The notes beneath the pieces were generated by a model. That model had not been told where the DNA came from, ran no database searches, and saw nothing but the letters and a program-made list of their open reading frames with translations. Both the position numbers and the translations under genes were made by a program. A DNA stretch of 64,000 nucleotides from Thermodesulfovibrionales bacterium. GTDB lineage: Bacteria > Nitrospirota > Thermodesulfovibrionia > Thermodesulfovibrionales > SM23-35. Shown in pieces: positions 20,890 to 31,973 of the stretch; positions within the stretch are counted from its first letter, which is position 1, and each line of letters starts with the position of its first letter. Where the stretch lies: assembly GCA_963715195.1 (NCBI GenBank), contig CAVQRT010000003.1, forward strand, positions 1-64,000, in the 5' to 3' direction.

Positions 20890-22389
20890 ATGAGACCCGT
20901 GAGAATAAAAGACGACAGGGCAGTTGAGCCGCTGATAGCGGCATTAAGGGACGGAGATCCGCAGGTAAGGCAGAATTCAGTCGAAGCCCTCGGAAAGATA
21001 AAAGACGTACGATCGATCGAGCCGCTGATCACGGCTCTGAAGGATAATGATTCGGACGTTCGCTGGAATGCCATCTGGGCGCTCGGAGAAATCGGCGTTG
21101 CTGCGATTGAGCCGCTGATAGCCGCATTCAAAGATGATGACGCACGGGTAAGGGAGAGCGCAGTGTGGGCGTTAAGCGAAATAGGAGAGCCGGCGATAGA
21201 GCGCCTCATTGATTCCCTGAAACATGGAAATCCCCAGATACGTTGGCATGCAGCTGAAACGCTCGGTGAGATAAAGGATACACGGGCCATTGAGCCGCTG
21301 ATCGGGGCACTGAAGGATGAGGATTCCAGGGTGCGTGAGAATGCAGTGTTTTCCCTGAGGGAAATCGGAACGGCCTCGATTGCTCCTCTCATTGCAGCCC
21401 TGAAGGATGAAGATTCGCGAATCAGGGAGCATGCTGTATGGGCCCTCATGGAAATAGGGGCACCAGCCGTGGAACCGCTCATCACTGCTCTGAAGTTCGG
21501 GGACATCCGGGTGCGGGAAACCGCAATACGTGCCCTGGGTGAGATTAAGGATGCGAATGCTATTGATGCCCTGATTAACGCTTTCAAAGATGAAAATACC
21601 CGGGTAAGGGAACATGCCGTTGCAGCGCTCTGGCGAATGGGGAATCTTGCCGTTGATCCATTAATCCTTGCACTGAACAATGAAGACCCCAACATCCGTT
21701 ACAAGGCTGCTGAAACGCTCGGGAAAATCAAGAATCCGGAAGCTGTCGAACCACTCATTGCTGCCCTCAGGGATGAGGACACCCGGATGAGAGAAAACGC
21801 GGTCTGGGCACTCGGGAAAATCGGCTCCCCTGCTGTTGAACCCCTCATTGCCTACCTTAAGGATGACAACCCGAGGGTTCAGGAAAACGCGGTCTGGGCA
21901 CTCGGGAAAATCGGCTCCCCTGCTGTTGAACCCCTCATTGCCTACCTTAAGGATGATGACCCAAGGGTTCAGGAAAACGCGGTCTGGGCGCTCGGGAAAA
22001 TCGGAACTCCTGCCGTTGAACCCCTCATTGCCAACCTTAAGGATGATGACCATCCCGTCAGAGAACATGTCATTGAAATCCTCGGGAAGATTAAGGATGC
22101 CAGGGCAATCGAGCCTCTTATTGCTGCCCTGAGAGACGAAGACACCCGCGTACGGGAAAACGCGGTCTGGGCACTCGGAAAAATCGGGTCCCCTGCTGTT
22201 GATCTGCTGATCGATTCCCTGAGAGACAATAACAGTTATTTTCGTATCAATGTCGTGGCAGCCCTTGGCAAAATAAAGGACACGCGGGCAATCGAACCAC
22301 TCATAGCAGCCCTTCACGATGAAGATTCACGGATCAGGAAAAATGTTGCATGGGCACTGGGGGAAATATCTGCACCGTATAGTGCATAG
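20890..22389 (+). CDS. HEAT / PBS-lyase-like repeat protein
   Basis: Many repeats of 'AVEPLIAALxDxDxRVRENAVWALGKI'. Confidence 0.92.
   Translation: MRPVRIKDDRAVEPLIAALRDGDPQVRQNSVEALGKIKDVRSIEPLITALKDNDSDVRWNAIWALGEIGVAAIEPLIAAFKDDDARVRESAVWALSEIGEPAIERLIDSLKHGNPQIRWHAAETLGEIKDTRAIEPLIGALKDEDSRVRENAVFSLREIGTASIAPLIAALKDEDSRIREHAVWALMEIGAPAVEPLITALKFGDIRVRETAIRALGEIKDANAIDALINAFKDENTRVREHAVAALWRMGNLAVDPLILALNNEDPNIRYKAAETLGKIKNPEAVEPLIAALRDEDTRMRENAVWALGKIGSPAVEPLIAYLKDDNPRVQENAVWALGKIGSPAVEPLIAYLKDDDPRVQENAVWALGKIGTPAVEPLIANLKDDDHPVREHVIEILGKIKDARAIEPLIAALRDEDTRVRENAVWALGKIGSPAVDLLIDSLRDNNSYFRINVVAALGKIKDTRAIEPLIAALHDEDSRIRKNVAWALGEISAPYSA
21793..22050 (+). repeat. Near-identical 90-bp tandem triplication inside the HEAT gene
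   Basis: GAAAACGCGGTCTGGGC... recurs at 21793, 21883 and 21973 (and again at 22156). Confidence 0.85.
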
Positions 22390-22400
22390 CGGCTGTGGTC

Positions 22401-22592
22401 CTATTTAGGTCTCATCTTCTTTTTCAGGAAAGAGATGAGCAGGGCAATCGCAATGATAACAATGATGAATTTCCAGAGGAGGCCTCCAAGGGCTCCTATC
22501 GTCCGCAATCCTATCTGGGTAACTGTCTTGCCGAAGATCAGGATGAGAATAATGGCCCCGGCCAGCAGGGCGATCTTTTGATACTTGTTCAT
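22401..22592 (-). CDS. Small membrane protein
   Basis: 63 aa, two hydrophobic helices, basic C-terminus; follows thiL. Confidence 0.65.
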   Translation of the reverse strand: MNKYQKIALLAGAIILILIFGKTVTQIGLRTIGALGGLLWKFIIVIIAIALLISFLKKKMRPK

Positions 22593-22622
22593 GCCTGATA
22601 GTCCATGTGAGTATTTTTGTCT

Positions 22623-23669
22623 TTACCGGAAATGCTCGTATCCCCGGGCTGAAAAAACCCTTTCCTGTCCGGATGCACTGACGATAACCCTTTCAGAATC
22701 CGTAATATCGCCGATATATACAGCCTTTATCCTTTTCTTTTTCGGTGCAGTAAACAAGAGTTCATAATCTTCACCACCGGTCATTGCCAACTTCAGGGGG
22801 TTCATGCCGAAACAACCCGCTGTCTCCCGCATCTCCTTTGATACCGGTATCTTTTCTTCGTATATCCGTGCACCGGTACGGCTTTCATTGCAGAGTCTTG
22901 TCAGGTCGATCAGAAGGCCGTCGCTGATGTCTATCATCGAAGTTGCGTTCCGTGAAATTTTCCGGGAATTTCTTGCTTCTGGAAGAAGGTGCCTTCTCAG
23001 CAGCGGTTCTGCAGTCTTCCATGATAATCCCGCCCTGAAAGATCCGGGATGCATTCTGCTGAATTTTCTCCGCAACGACTGAATATCTGCAGTGGTATCC
23101 TTGAGATTAAGAGATATCGTCTTTTTGAGCTTCTTCAATAGGTGAAGCCCGCATATCGAATCACCGAGATGGCCCGTAACATAAATCCGGTCACCGACAC
23201 GTGCCCCTGACCGCAGGAGGTACTTCAGCGCGGAACCGATGAGTGTTGCTGACAGACAGATGCCGCCTTTCGCAGAAGACAGGTCGCCTCCGACAAGGAC
23301 GGCACGGTAGAGCGCCAATGCGTCTTTCACGCCCCGGAGGAACATGCGAAAAAATGCCGATGGAGTGCGGCTGAGCAGGGCAATATTCAGAAGTGCGTAA
23401 TGAGGGGTTCCGCCCATTGCGTAGATATCACTGACATTAACAGAAATAAGCTTGAACCCGAGTTGATATGCCGTGATGAAATGGAGGTCAAAGTGGACTC
23501 CTTCGACCATCATATCCGTGGTTACAAGGAGATGTTTCCCTCGCGTTTGTATTACAGCTGCATCATCGCCTATTCCGACCGGCACACCCCTTGATTTCTG
23601 TGAAGACATTTTTTTTATCTCCTCGATGAGAGAGAGTTCACCGAGCTGTGCGATGGTAGGAAAGGTCAT
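22623..23669 (-). CDS. thiL: Thiamine-monophosphate kinase
   Basis: 'GIGDDAA', 'VNVSDIYAMGG', 'IDISDGL', 'GGEDYELLF'. Confidence 0.95.
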   Translation of the reverse strand: MTFPTIAQLGELSLIEEIKKMSSQKSRGVPVGIGDDAAVIQTRGKHLLVTTDMMVEGVHFDLHFITAYQLGFKLISVNVSDIYAMGGTPHYALLNIALLSRTPSAFFRMFLRGVKDALALYRAVLVGGDLSSAKGGICLSATLIGSALKYLLRSGARVGDRIYVTGHLGDSICGLHLLKKLKKTISLNLKDTTADIQSLRRKFSRMHPGSFRAGLSWKTAEPLLRRHLLPEARNSRKISRNATSMIDISDGLLIDLTRLCNESRTGARIYEEKIPVSKEMRETAGCFGMNPLKLAMTGGEDYELLFTAPKKKRIKAVYIGDITDSERVIVSASGQERVFSARGYEHFR

Positions 23670-23684
23670 CAGATTTTTGAAAAT

Positions 23685-26105
23685 CTACCTTTTTTTCTTC
23701 CCTGATGACCTGTTTTTATTTGATGTTTTTAGAGCCTTTTTCCCTTTGGGATGCTTCAGAGCGATTTTCAACACGTCGTCCATTGTTTCAGCGAAGACAA
23801 AAGACATATCCTTCTTGATATATTTCGGAATATCTTCGAGATCTTTCTTGTTCCGTTGCGGAATAATGACGGTATTGATCCCCATTCGCTTTGCAGCGAG
23901 GGTTTTTTCCTTCAAGCCCCCTATCGGCAAAACCCGACCTCTCAGGGTCACCTCTCCTGTCATTGCCACACCCTTGTTGACCGGCATGCCGGTCAATGCA
24001 GAGGCAATGGCAGTTGCTATGGTAATACCTGCTGAAGGGCCGTCCTTCGGTATCGCACCGGCCGGAACATGAATATGGATGTCCGATTTCGAGAAAACCT
24101 CGTCCCTGATACTGAACTTGCTCGCTTTTGACCGCACATAACTGAGCGCAGCCTGGGCTGATTCTTTCATGACATCTCCGAGCTGTCCGGTGAGAGTGAG
24201 ACTCCCCTTCCCTCTCATGGTTGTTGCTTCAACATAAATGATATCGCCGCCCGTCTCTGTCCAGGCAAGGCCGGTGGCAACACCGATTTCGTCCTTTTCA
24301 ATCTCTTCCTCCGGGAGGTATTTCTGTACTCCGAGATATTTGTGGATTTTCTGAGCCGTGATGACAAAAACGCGGTCTTTTCCCTCGGCGATCTTTTTCG
24401 CGACTTTTCTGCAAAGGTTTGCAATCTCACGCTCGAGATTTCTGACGCCCGCCTCTCTCGTATACTGGGAGATGAGATTGAGCAGCCCGGGATCGGTTAT
24501 TTTCAGCACCTTGCTGCTAATTCCGTGCTCCTCAAGTTGTTTCGGTATGAGGAAATCTCGTGCGATGCCACGCTTTTCCTCGGTCGTATAGCCGGATAAA
24601 TAGATAACCTCCATTCTGTCCCTGAGAGGCCCCGGGATTGTATCCGCAAGATTTCCGGTCGTAATGAACATGACATTCGAAAGATCAAAAGGCACTGCAA
24701 GATAATGGTCGGCAAAAGAAAAATTCTGTTCCGGGTCAAGAACTTCAAGGAGTGCTGAAGACGGATCCCCCCGGAAATCCATTCCGATTTTATCGATCTC
24801 ATCGAGCATAAAAACAGGGTTATTCGTCCCCGCTGTCTTGATCCCCTGGATAATCCTTCCCGGCAGGGCGCCCACGTAAGTTCTCCGGTGTCCCCGTATT
24901 TCCGCTTCGTCTCTGATACCTCCAAGCGACATCCTGACGAATTCCCTCCCGAGTGCACGTGCAATCGATTTGCCGAGCGATGTCTTTCCCACACCCGGAG
25001 GACCGATGAAACAGATGATGGGACCTTTCATCTTCTCTTTCAATTTCCTGACGCTCAGGTATTCGAGAATGCGCTCTTTCACCTTCTCGAGATCGTAATG
25101 ATCTTCGTTGAGCACCTTCTCTGCCGATTTGATGTCGAGGTTGTCGGTCGTCGTTTTGGACCACGGCAATTCAACCAACCAGTCCAGATAGGTTCTTACC
25201 GTAGCCGCTTCAGCGCTGTCCGGGTGCATCTTTTCAAGTCGTTTCAGCTGCTTCTCCGCCTCTTTCATCACTTTCTCGGGCATCTTTGCCTCTTCGATCT
25301 TCTCCCGGAACTCCCTGATCTCTTCAGCTCTTTCATCAATATCACCCAGTTCCTTCTGTATCGCCTTCAGTTGTTCCCTGAGAAAATACTCCCGCTGGGT
25401 CTTGTCTATCTCTCCCCGGGCTTCGGACTGAATTTTCTGCTGCACAGTAAGGAGCTCAATCTCCCGCGCCAGGAGCTCACTTACCCGCTTTAATCTCTGC
25501 ACGGGGTCAGTCATCTCCAGGATCTCCTGGGACTGATCGGTTTTCAGACCGATATTTGATGCGACGAGATCCGCAAGCCTTCCGGGATCCTCGATATTTT
25601 CGATAACGCCCATAATATCGGGAAGAACGGATTTCCCCAGGGATACAATCTTCTCGAGCTGCCCTTTGACATTCCGCAGCAGGGCTTCATCCTCTATTGT
25701 GAGTTTCTCGTATTTCTGCTCGTCTATCTTTTCGATGTACGCGGTAAAAAAAGGTTCTTTCTGGGAATAGCGCAATGCCCTTGCCTTGGACAGTCCCTGC
25801 ACCAGGATCTTCACTCTTCCGTCAGGGAGTTTGAGCATCCTCATTATGAGCACAACCGTACCGGTCGTGAAGAGATCCTCAGGAGTCGGGTTTTCGATTG
25901 TGAGATCCTTCTGGGTAAGAAGGAGAACCATTCTGTCGGTATTCAGCGAATGTTCAATCGCCTTGATCGACATCTCCCTGCCTACAAAAAGGGGCAGGAT
26001 CATGTAAGGAAAGACGACAATATCCCTGACAGGCAGTACCGGCAGGCTGTCGGGTATCACGATCTCTTTATCAATCTTCTGTTCTTCATCAATCACATTG
26101 GCCAT
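23685..26105 (-). CDS. lon: ATP-dependent Lon protease
   Basis: Walker A GPPGVGKT, 'PKDGPSAG' catalytic Ser, 'IGGLKEK'. Confidence 0.97.
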   Translation of the reverse strand: MANVIDEEQKIDKEIVIPDSLPVLPVRDIVVFPYMILPLFVGREMSIKAIEHSLNTDRMVLLLTQKDLTIENPTPEDLFTTGTVVLIMRMLKLPDGRVKILVQGLSKARALRYSQKEPFFTAYIEKIDEQKYEKLTIEDEALLRNVKGQLEKIVSLGKSVLPDIMGVIENIEDPGRLADLVASNIGLKTDQSQEILEMTDPVQRLKRVSELLAREIELLTVQQKIQSEARGEIDKTQREYFLREQLKAIQKELGDIDERAEEIREFREKIEEAKMPEKVMKEAEKQLKRLEKMHPDSAEAATVRTYLDWLVELPWSKTTTDNLDIKSAEKVLNEDHYDLEKVKERILEYLSVRKLKEKMKGPIICFIGPPGVGKTSLGKSIARALGREFVRMSLGGIRDEAEIRGHRRTYVGALPGRIIQGIKTAGTNNPVFMLDEIDKIGMDFRGDPSSALLEVLDPEQNFSFADHYLAVPFDLSNVMFITTGNLADTIPGPLRDRMEVIYLSGYTTEEKRGIARDFLIPKQLEEHGISSKVLKITDPGLLNLISQYTREAGVRNLEREIANLCRKVAKKIAEGKDRVFVITAQKIHKYLGVQKYLPEEEIEKDEIGVATGLAWTETGGDIIYVEATTMRGKGSLTLTGQLGDVMKESAQAALSYVRSKASKFSIRDEVFSKSDIHIHVPAGAIPKDGPSAGITIATAIASALTGMPVNKGVAMTGEVTLRGRVLPIGGLKEKTLAAKRMGINTVIIPQRNKKDLEDIPKYIKKDMSFVFAETMDDVLKIALKHPKGKKALKTSNKNRSSGKKKR

Positions 26106-26115
26106 GTTGACTCCT

Positions 26116-26997
26116 CTAAGGATTTTTTAATCGCCCTGCCATATCCAAAAGATATGCTTTGAACGGCTCGGAGACCTGCTGGTTTTTCAGGGCGAGATCC
26201 ACGGTTGCCTTCAGGTATCCCACCTTGTCCCCGGCATCATATCTCCTGCCGTCAAAAAGATACCCGTATATCGGACGTTTTTTTAGCAGGCCGGAAAGGG
26301 CATCGGTCAGCTGAATCTCACCCCCCTTGCCCGGCTCCACCCGTTCAAGTACCGGAAAGATATCTGCTGTCAGGATGTATCTGCCGATTATTGCCATATC
26401 GGAAGGTGCATGGGAAGGAGCGGGTTTTTCAACAAGCCCCTCGATCCTGAATACATGATCTTTCTGTTTCTCCGCTTTCACCACTCCGTATCTGTGGACC
26501 TCCGAAGCCGGAACTTTTTCGAGAGCAAGAATCGGTGAATCAAGCTCCCTGAAAAGACCGATCATATCGCTGAGCAGATGTTCTTCCGGGTCGATGATGT
26601 CATCACTCAGGAGCACGGCAAAGGGCTCTTCCTTCATAAAAGGGGCTGCGCAGGAAATGGCATGTCCGAGTCCGAGCGGTTCCCTTTGTCTGATATAGGC
26701 AAAATGAAGATGGTTCAGCCGGCTAATCTCTTCGAGCAGAATTTTTTTCCCGGACTTTTTCAGGTTCTCCTCAAGTTTGAATGCAGAATCAAAATGATCC
26801 TCTATCGCTCTCTTGTGTTTCCCTGAAATGATGATAAATTCTTCTATCCCGCATGCTTGCGCCTCTTCAACGGCATACTGAATCATGGGTTTATCGACGA
26901 TGGGCAGCATCTCTTTGGGAGAGGCCTTGGTCGCGGGAAGGAACCGCGTGCCGAGCCCTCCGGCAGGCAATATTGCTTTTTTGACAACCCTTTTCAT
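26116..26997 (-). CDS. galU: UTP--glucose-1-phosphate uridylyltransferase
   Basis: '[24 protein letters not shown]', 'GEIQLTDA'. Confidence 0.95.
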   Translation of the reverse strand: MKRVVKKAILPAGGLGTRFLPATKASPKEMLPIVDKPMIQYAVEEAQACGIEEFIIISGKHKRAIEDHFDSAFKLEENLKKSGKKILLEEISRLNHLHFAYIRQREPLGLGHAISCAAPFMKEEPFAVLLSDDIIDPEEHLLSDMIGLFRELDSPILALEKVPASEVHRYGVVKAEKQKDHVFRIEGLVEKPAPSHAPSDMAIIGRYILTADIFPVLERVEPGKGGEIQLTDALSGLLKKRPIYGYLFDGRRYDAGDKVGYLKATVDLALKNQQVSEPFKAYLLDMAGRLKNP

Positions 26998-27125
26998 CGT
27001 ATGATTAATATTACATTAACACCCTTGATAATTCAAGGAAACCGGACAGCATACCGTTTCTTCACAGTGCCTGAAAGGCGATCGAAAAGAACGTTGAGAA
27101 AGCGTGATCATTGCTGTGTTTTACC

Positions 27126-27155
27126 TTGACAATAGGGAAATTCTTCCAGTATAGT
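27126..27155 (+). promoter_or_regulatory. Candidate sigma70 promoter upstream of the cytochrome gene
   Basis: TTGACA-18 bp-TATAGT. Confidence 0.5.
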
Positions 27156-27303
27156 TTTATCATTCTTCTGCATGAGAGTTACAACCTTCCCTTCTGGGGA
27201 AAGTGCTCGTGAAAAGAGCCTTGCCGGGTGCAGATTTACTTTGGCACAGGATATGATAGAGACCTGCGACGCAGGTTATTTTTTTGAAAGGAGGTGAAGA
27301 GAG

Positions 27304-27827
27304 ATGAAAATCGGAACCATTATTCTCAGTATTTTCGTAGCAATCGTATTTGCCGGCACCGCTTTCGCTGTCGTGCCAGGGAAAAAAATCGAGTATGCAG
27401 GCGGTGATGCCGGGAAGGTTATCTTCAACGGAGACACCCATGGTGTCAAGCAGGGCATGAAATGCAATGAATGCCATCCGAAGCCATTCGGCATGAAAAA
27501 AGGTTCATTCAAGATGACCAAGGAAGATCACGGCAAGGCTGAGTACTGCGGAATATGCCATGACGGCACAAAAGCATTCTCTCAGTCTGCGGAGGCTGAT
27601 TGCGGAAAGTGTCACATGAAGGCTGCTGCAGAGCCTGAGAGAAACCCGAACTAGCTCCCGAGATGAAACCCGAACTAGCTCCTGAGATGAAACCCGAACT
27701 AGCTCCTGAGATGAAACCCGAACTAGCTCCTGAGATGAAACCCGAACTAGCTCCTGAGATGAAACCCGAACTAGCTCCTGAAAAGATTAAAGAAGCAGCA
27801 CCAGCTGCTATGGAAGAGAAAAAGTAG
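27304..27827 (+). CDS. Periplasmic triheme cytochrome c (c7/c3-like); as sequenced stops at 27654, extends to 27827 if a 1-bp deletion near 27640 is corrected
   Basis: Signal peptide; CNECH, CGICH, CGKCH; first repeat unit lacks the T present in the five others. Confidence 0.85.
27634..27781 (+). repeat. 24-bp tandem repeat (GAGATGAAACCCGAACTAGCTCCT) x6 encoding EMKPELAP
   Basis: GAAACCCGAACTAGCTC at 27641, 27665, 27689, 27713, 27737, 27761. Confidence 0.95.
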
Positions 27828-27832
27828 TGTTT

Positions 27833-27866
27833 AGGGGGTAGAGGAGCTCTCCCTTACCCCCTTTTT
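27833..27866 (+). terminator. Putative intrinsic terminator between cytochrome and ilvE
   Basis: AGGGGGTA...TACCCCCT followed by a T-run. Confidence 0.7.
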
Positions 27867-27869
27867 ATT

Positions 27870-28787
27870 TTATGTGACGTTTGTCAACCAGGATTCGTAC
27901 TGCTTATTCCTTCCCTTCACGATATCAAAAAAGATGGCTTGGAGTTCCCTGGTAACCGATCCCGGTTTTCCTTTACCGATACGTCTTCCGTCAAGCTCCC
28001 GCACCGGGGTAACTTCGGCAGCGGTTCCTGTAAAGAAAGCTTCATCAGCAATATAAATTTCATCCCGGGTAAACCGCTCCTCAACAGCCGGAATCTTTTT
28101 GTCCGATGCGATTTTGATGATGCTGTTCCGTGTAATTCCCTCAAGGATAGAGGTCAGCGGAGTGGTTTTCAGCACGCCGTTTCTGACCATAAAGATATTT
28201 TCACCGCTTCCCTCGGAAACATACCCTTCAGTGTCAAGGAGAAGGGCCTCATCATATCCACATGCAATCGCTTCCTTTTTCGCAAGCTGCGAATTCACAT
28301 AATAGCCGCAGACTTTTCCTCTCGTCATGTTAGCATTCACATGGTTTCTGATAAATGACGAAGTCTTTACCCTGATCCCTTTCCTGAGTCCGTCATCACC
28401 GAGATATGCCCCCCATGACCACGCGGCGATCGATACATTGACAGGGTTCTCTTTTGGATAAAGACCCATCGAACCGTATCCGATATACACGAGGGGACGA
28501 ATGTAACACTCCTTTATTTTGTTGATTTTAACTGTCCCGATAATGGCATCCCTGATTTCTTTCTTCGTGTACGGGATGTCCATCAGAAAAATATGGGCCG
28601 AATTGAACAGCCGGTCGATGTGCTCATCGAGTCTGAATACTGCAGGCCCCTTTTTCGTCTCATAGCACCTTATTCCCTCGAAAACACCAAGCCCGTAGTG
28701 CAGGGAATGGGTGAGGACATGGATCATTGCCTTGTCCCAGTCAACAAAATTCCCATCCATCCATATCTTTTTGGTTTTCGGTATCAT
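27870..28787 (-). CDS. ilvE: Branched-chain amino acid aminotransferase
   Basis: '[14 protein letters not shown]', 'EGSGENIF', 'LEGITR', '[10 protein letters not shown]'. Confidence 0.95.
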   Translation of the reverse strand: MIPKTKKIWMDGNFVDWDKAMIHVLTHSLHYGLGVFEGIRCYETKKGPAVFRLDEHIDRLFNSAHIFLMDIPYTKKEIRDAIIGTVKINKIKECYIRPLVYIGYGSMGLYPKENPVNVSIAAWSWGAYLGDDGLRKGIRVKTSSFIRNHVNANMTRGKVCGYYVNSQLAKKEAIACGYDEALLLDTEGYVSEGSGENIFMVRNGVLKTTPLTSILEGITRNSIIKIASDKKIPAVEERFTRDEIYIADEAFFTGTAAEVTPVRELDGRRIGKGKPGSVTRELQAIFFDIVKGRNKQYESWLTNVT

Positions 28788-28826
28788 AGGATTTTATTTA
28801 TACCAGTATCGGTAAAAGATTGTCAA

Positions 28827-30470
28827 TTACATCCGCTCCGGGGCGCTGATACCGAGTATTTCGAGTCCGTCTCGCAGAACAGTCCGGATCGCCTCGCACA
28901 ATGCAAGGCGCGCCCTGCTCAGGGCACTGTCATCAGTGACGATTCTGCACTTGTTGTAGTAGGGATGAAACATGCTTGATAACTCCTGCACATAAAAGGT
29001 TATCCGGTGGGGTTCATGTGCCTTCACGGCCCCTTCGAATACCATCGGATAGATGAGAAGCTTTTTGATGATCCTGAGTTCTTCCTGCCGGGAAAGAAGG
29101 CTTAAATCTGCATCGGAAAACCTATCAGCCAGGATTCCCTTTTCCCGCGCATGGGCAAAGATGCTGTTTATCCGTGCATGGGCATACTGAACATAAAACA
29201 CCGGATTTTCTGAAGACTGGGTTTTCGCAACCTCGAGATCAAATTCAAGATGGCTGTCCGGACGTCTCGTAAGAAATATGAATTTTGTGGTGTCCGCCCC
29301 AACCTCTTCGATAACCTCCCGGAGCGTCACAAATTCACCAGCCCTCTTCGACATCTGGACGGGCTTCCCCCCCCTCAGAAGGGTAACCATTTGCACGAGC
29401 AGAACCTTCAACTTCTCCTTCGGGTAGCCCAGCGCCCCTATCACAGCCTGCATCCTCGGGATATAACCATGATGGTCGGCGCCCCAGATATCAATCAGCT
29501 CATCATAGTTTTTTTCGATCTTTCTCCTGTGATAAGCAATGTCTGATGTAAAGTAGGTATATTCCCCGTCCTGTTTTATGATCACCCGGTCTTTATCGTC
29601 TCCAAAGGCTGTTGCCCTGAACCACGTCGCCTGTTCCTTTTCATAGACAAAACCTTTCGACCGGAGGTCTTCAATAGCCTTGCTGACTTCACTGCTCTCG
29701 AAAAGCTCACGCTCGCTCTGCCATGAATCAAAGGAAATGCCAAAATCGTTGAGATCATCTCTGATGCCTGACAGAATTTTTTTATACGAATAGTCGATGA
29801 AAAAATCGGCAGCCTGATCGAATACCTTCTGGACATAGTGTGACCCCGCTTGAAAAGCAATTTCGCGGGCAATGTCCTCAATATATCCGCCTTTGTAACC
29901 CTCTTCAGGAGCAGGGTATTCAACACCGAGCAATTGCTGGTAGCGGGCAAAAACTGACTGCCCGAGAAGGCGGATCTGTTTTCCCGCATCATTGATATAG
30001 TATTCCCTCTCGACGTGATAGCCGGCAGCTTTGAGGAGATTCGCGAGGGCATCCCCTATTGCGCCGCCCCGCCCGTGTCCGAGATGCAAAGGTCCGGTGG
30101 GGTTTGCACTAATAAACTCAATCTGAATCCGTCTCCCCCGTCCGGTCTTTTCTCGGAGAAATCCGCTACCGGACTCCAGTAATTTTGTCATCTCTGCACA
30201 GAGGTACTCTTTGGTAAAGGCAATATTGATAAAACCGGGACTGGCGATATCCACCCGCTCAAAAATCGTATTCCGTGTCATGTGAGAGGCAATTTCTTCT
30301 GCAATTTTTTTCGGAGATTTCCGCAATATCTTTGAGAGGGACATCGCAACCGGGGTCGAAAGATCACCGAAATCCTCGTTTGGCGGCACCTCCACATCGA
30401 CAACCGGCAGTGCATCGATTCCCATTTTCCGCAGCGACTCCCCGATAAGAGCGACAAAATCTTTTTTCAT
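28827..30470 (-). CDS. argS: Arginine--tRNA ligase
   Basis: 'EFISANPTGPLHLGH' HIGH motif, 'MSKRAG', 'YVQYAHAR', C-terminal APERM. Confidence 0.97.
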   Translation of the reverse strand: MKKDFVALIGESLRKMGIDALPVVDVEVPPNEDFGDLSTPVAMSLSKILRKSPKKIAEEIASHMTRNTIFERVDIASPGFINIAFTKEYLCAEMTKLLESGSGFLREKTGRGRRIQIEFISANPTGPLHLGHGRGGAIGDALANLLKAAGYHVEREYYINDAGKQIRLLGQSVFARYQQLLGVEYPAPEEGYKGGYIEDIAREIAFQAGSHYVQKVFDQAADFFIDYSYKKILSGIRDDLNDFGISFDSWQSERELFESSEVSKAIEDLRSKGFVYEKEQATWFRATAFGDDKDRVIIKQDGEYTYFTSDIAYHRRKIEKNYDELIDIWGADHHGYIPRMQAVIGALGYPKEKLKVLLVQMVTLLRGGKPVQMSKRAGEFVTLREVIEEVGADTTKFIFLTRRPDSHLEFDLEVAKTQSSENPVFYVQYAHARINSIFAHAREKGILADRFSDADLSLLSRQEELRIIKKLLIYPMVFEGAVKAHEPHRITFYVQELSSMFHPYYNKCRIVTDDSALSRARLALCEAIRTVLRDGLEILGISAPERM

Positions 30471-30479
30471 ACAATCAAC

Positions 30480-31523
30480 TCACGGTTCAATGAAACACTG
30501 GGGGTCTTCAGAAAGAAAATCGCTTTCACCCTGCGCCTGCGAAAAAGCGTATGCTATGGCCCTGCAGCCCCTGCACTGAGCCCACCGTGCGCAACTTCCG
30601 CACTTTCCCTGATACCTGTTTTTGCTGCGGAGCGCCTCCAGCACTTCCGAGGTTGCCCAGACCTCCCGGAAAGAATCCTGCCGTATATTGCCGATGGGGA
30701 TATGCAATCGCCTGCACGGGACCATGGTGCCATCGGGCAGAATGGTCAATCCGGATACCCCCGCAGCGCATCCCCCCGAAGGGATGGTCCCCAGGTCAAC
30801 GGAACTTCTTCCATTTATCTGTGAGGCTATGGGATCACCGGTAACAACCTCGAGAGTGCCGGTATCAAGAGCAAATATCCTGCTGTAGAGGTCTTTCACG
30901 GTTTCCGTGCTCAGCATCTCTTTCAGAAGCCCCTGGCCTCTCCCTGAAGGTACGAGTCTCGAAAATCCGAGCCTGTGCACATTCCATGCATGAGAGAGTT
31001 CAATGATATCATCAAGGTACCCTGCGTTGAGCGATGAGAGCGTGACATTCAGGGTCACCGTGAGTCCTGCATCAAGAAGATTCCTGATTCCCCTGAATGC
31101 ACGTTGAAAACTGCCGCTTCCCCTGATCGAATCGTGTACCGGTTCAGGCCCTTCGATGCTGACCTGGACTCCTTTTACCCCGAGCCCGGGCAGGGACCTG
31201 GACCTCTTTTCATCAGCGAAAATGCCATTGGTGAGGAGATATATGTCAAATCCATGATTGCTGATACAAGAAAGAATAGCATCGAGATCAGTCCGTAAAA
31301 AAGGCTCTCCACCGGTAACATTGAAACTCGGGGAGAAATTCATGCCATATGCTTCTTTCCATTCATTCATGGCATCGGAGATTTCCCTGACGGCATTCCT
31401 GATATCCGGGAAAGACATCTCATCAGTATACGTTCCGGTTTGGTAGCAATGACTGCAGGAAAGGTTGCACCGTTCCGTAATATGCAGCTGTATGAAAAAA
31501 TCAAAACCCGAGTTGACAGCCAT
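30480..31523 (-). CDS. Radical SAM/SPASM domain protein
   Basis: CNLSCSHC SAM cluster motif, GGEP, SPASM Cys pattern ending in DPQC; start taken at ATG 31523, just past the upstream gene. Confidence 0.9.
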   Translation of the reverse strand: MAVNSGFDFFIQLHITERCNLSCSHCYQTGTYTDEMSFPDIRNAVREISDAMNEWKEAYGMNFSPSFNVTGGEPFLRTDLDAILSCISNHGFDIYLLTNGIFADEKRSRSLPGLGVKGVQVSIEGPEPVHDSIRGSGSFQRAFRGIRNLLDAGLTVTLNVTLSSLNAGYLDDIIELSHAWNVHRLGFSRLVPSGRGQGLLKEMLSTETVKDLYSRIFALDTGTLEVVTGDPIASQINGRSSVDLGTIPSGGCAAGVSGLTILPDGTMVPCRRLHIPIGNIRQDSFREVWATSEVLEALRSKNRYQGKCGSCARWAQCRGCRAIAYAFSQAQGESDFLSEDPQCFIEP

Positions 31524-31525
31524 TT

Positions 31526-31930
31526 TTACCTGCTCCGATAGTATTTGATCTTTTTCATGCCTGTAAGCCATGAGAGCACCATGCTCACAATACTGATTAT
31601 CAAAGCCCCCTTGAAGGCAGGCCAGAAACCATGAATCTGGAGTCCGAGGTTCAGGGGCCCGGAGAGAGAAACGGTAATAAGGAGCATCAGCGTGTTGACT
31701 ATCAGGGTAAAAAGGCCAAGCGAGAGGATAATCAGCGGCAAGGTAAAAAAGGTCAGGAGCGGCTTGAGGAAAGAATTGACGATTCCAAAGACCGCCCCGA
31801 CAAAAATCATCTTCCACCATTCACCGGAAAAGACGATACCGTCCACGACTTTTACCGCAACGGCAATGGCTAATGCATTGATCATTATTCGAAGAATAAG
31901 ATACGTCATCGTATAATCAGCCGGCACCAT
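31526..31930 (-). CDS. Four-TM membrane protein (phage holin superfamily IV / YvlD-like)
   Basis: 'FGIVNSFLKPLL..FTLPLIILSLGLFTLIVN' motif. Confidence 0.85.
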   Translation of the reverse strand: MVPADYTMTYLILRIMINALAIAVAVKVVDGIVFSGEWWKMIFVGAVFGIVNSFLKPLLTFFTLPLIILSLGLFTLIVNTLMLLITVSLSGPLNLGLQIHGFWPAFKGALIISIVSMVLSWLTGMKKIKYYRSR

Positions 31931-31973
31931 GGTTTTTATTCATTATAAACAAGTATTATCCCATATATTCCAT

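Noticed and set aside
20853..22317. Long minus-strand ORFs over the HEAT gene (similar shadows lie over cfa, lon and hup)
   Set aside because: Antisense shadows with no motifs or RBS
27242..27258. Sigma54 promoter before the cytochrome gene (TGGCAC-AGGAT-ATGA)
   Set aside because: The -12 element lacks the conserved GC; too weak to call
27634..27781. Possible CRISPR or iteron array
   Set aside because: Head-to-tail units with no spacers, length divisible by three, continuing in frame into a sensible protein end
31524..31820. N-terminal extension of the radical SAM ORF (446-aa version)
   Set aside because: Overlaps the 4-TM protein gene in another frame; ATG 31523 fits better
31526..31930. 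Prophage suggested by the holin-family gene
   Set aside because: This family is common in non-phage contexts and no other phage genes are present
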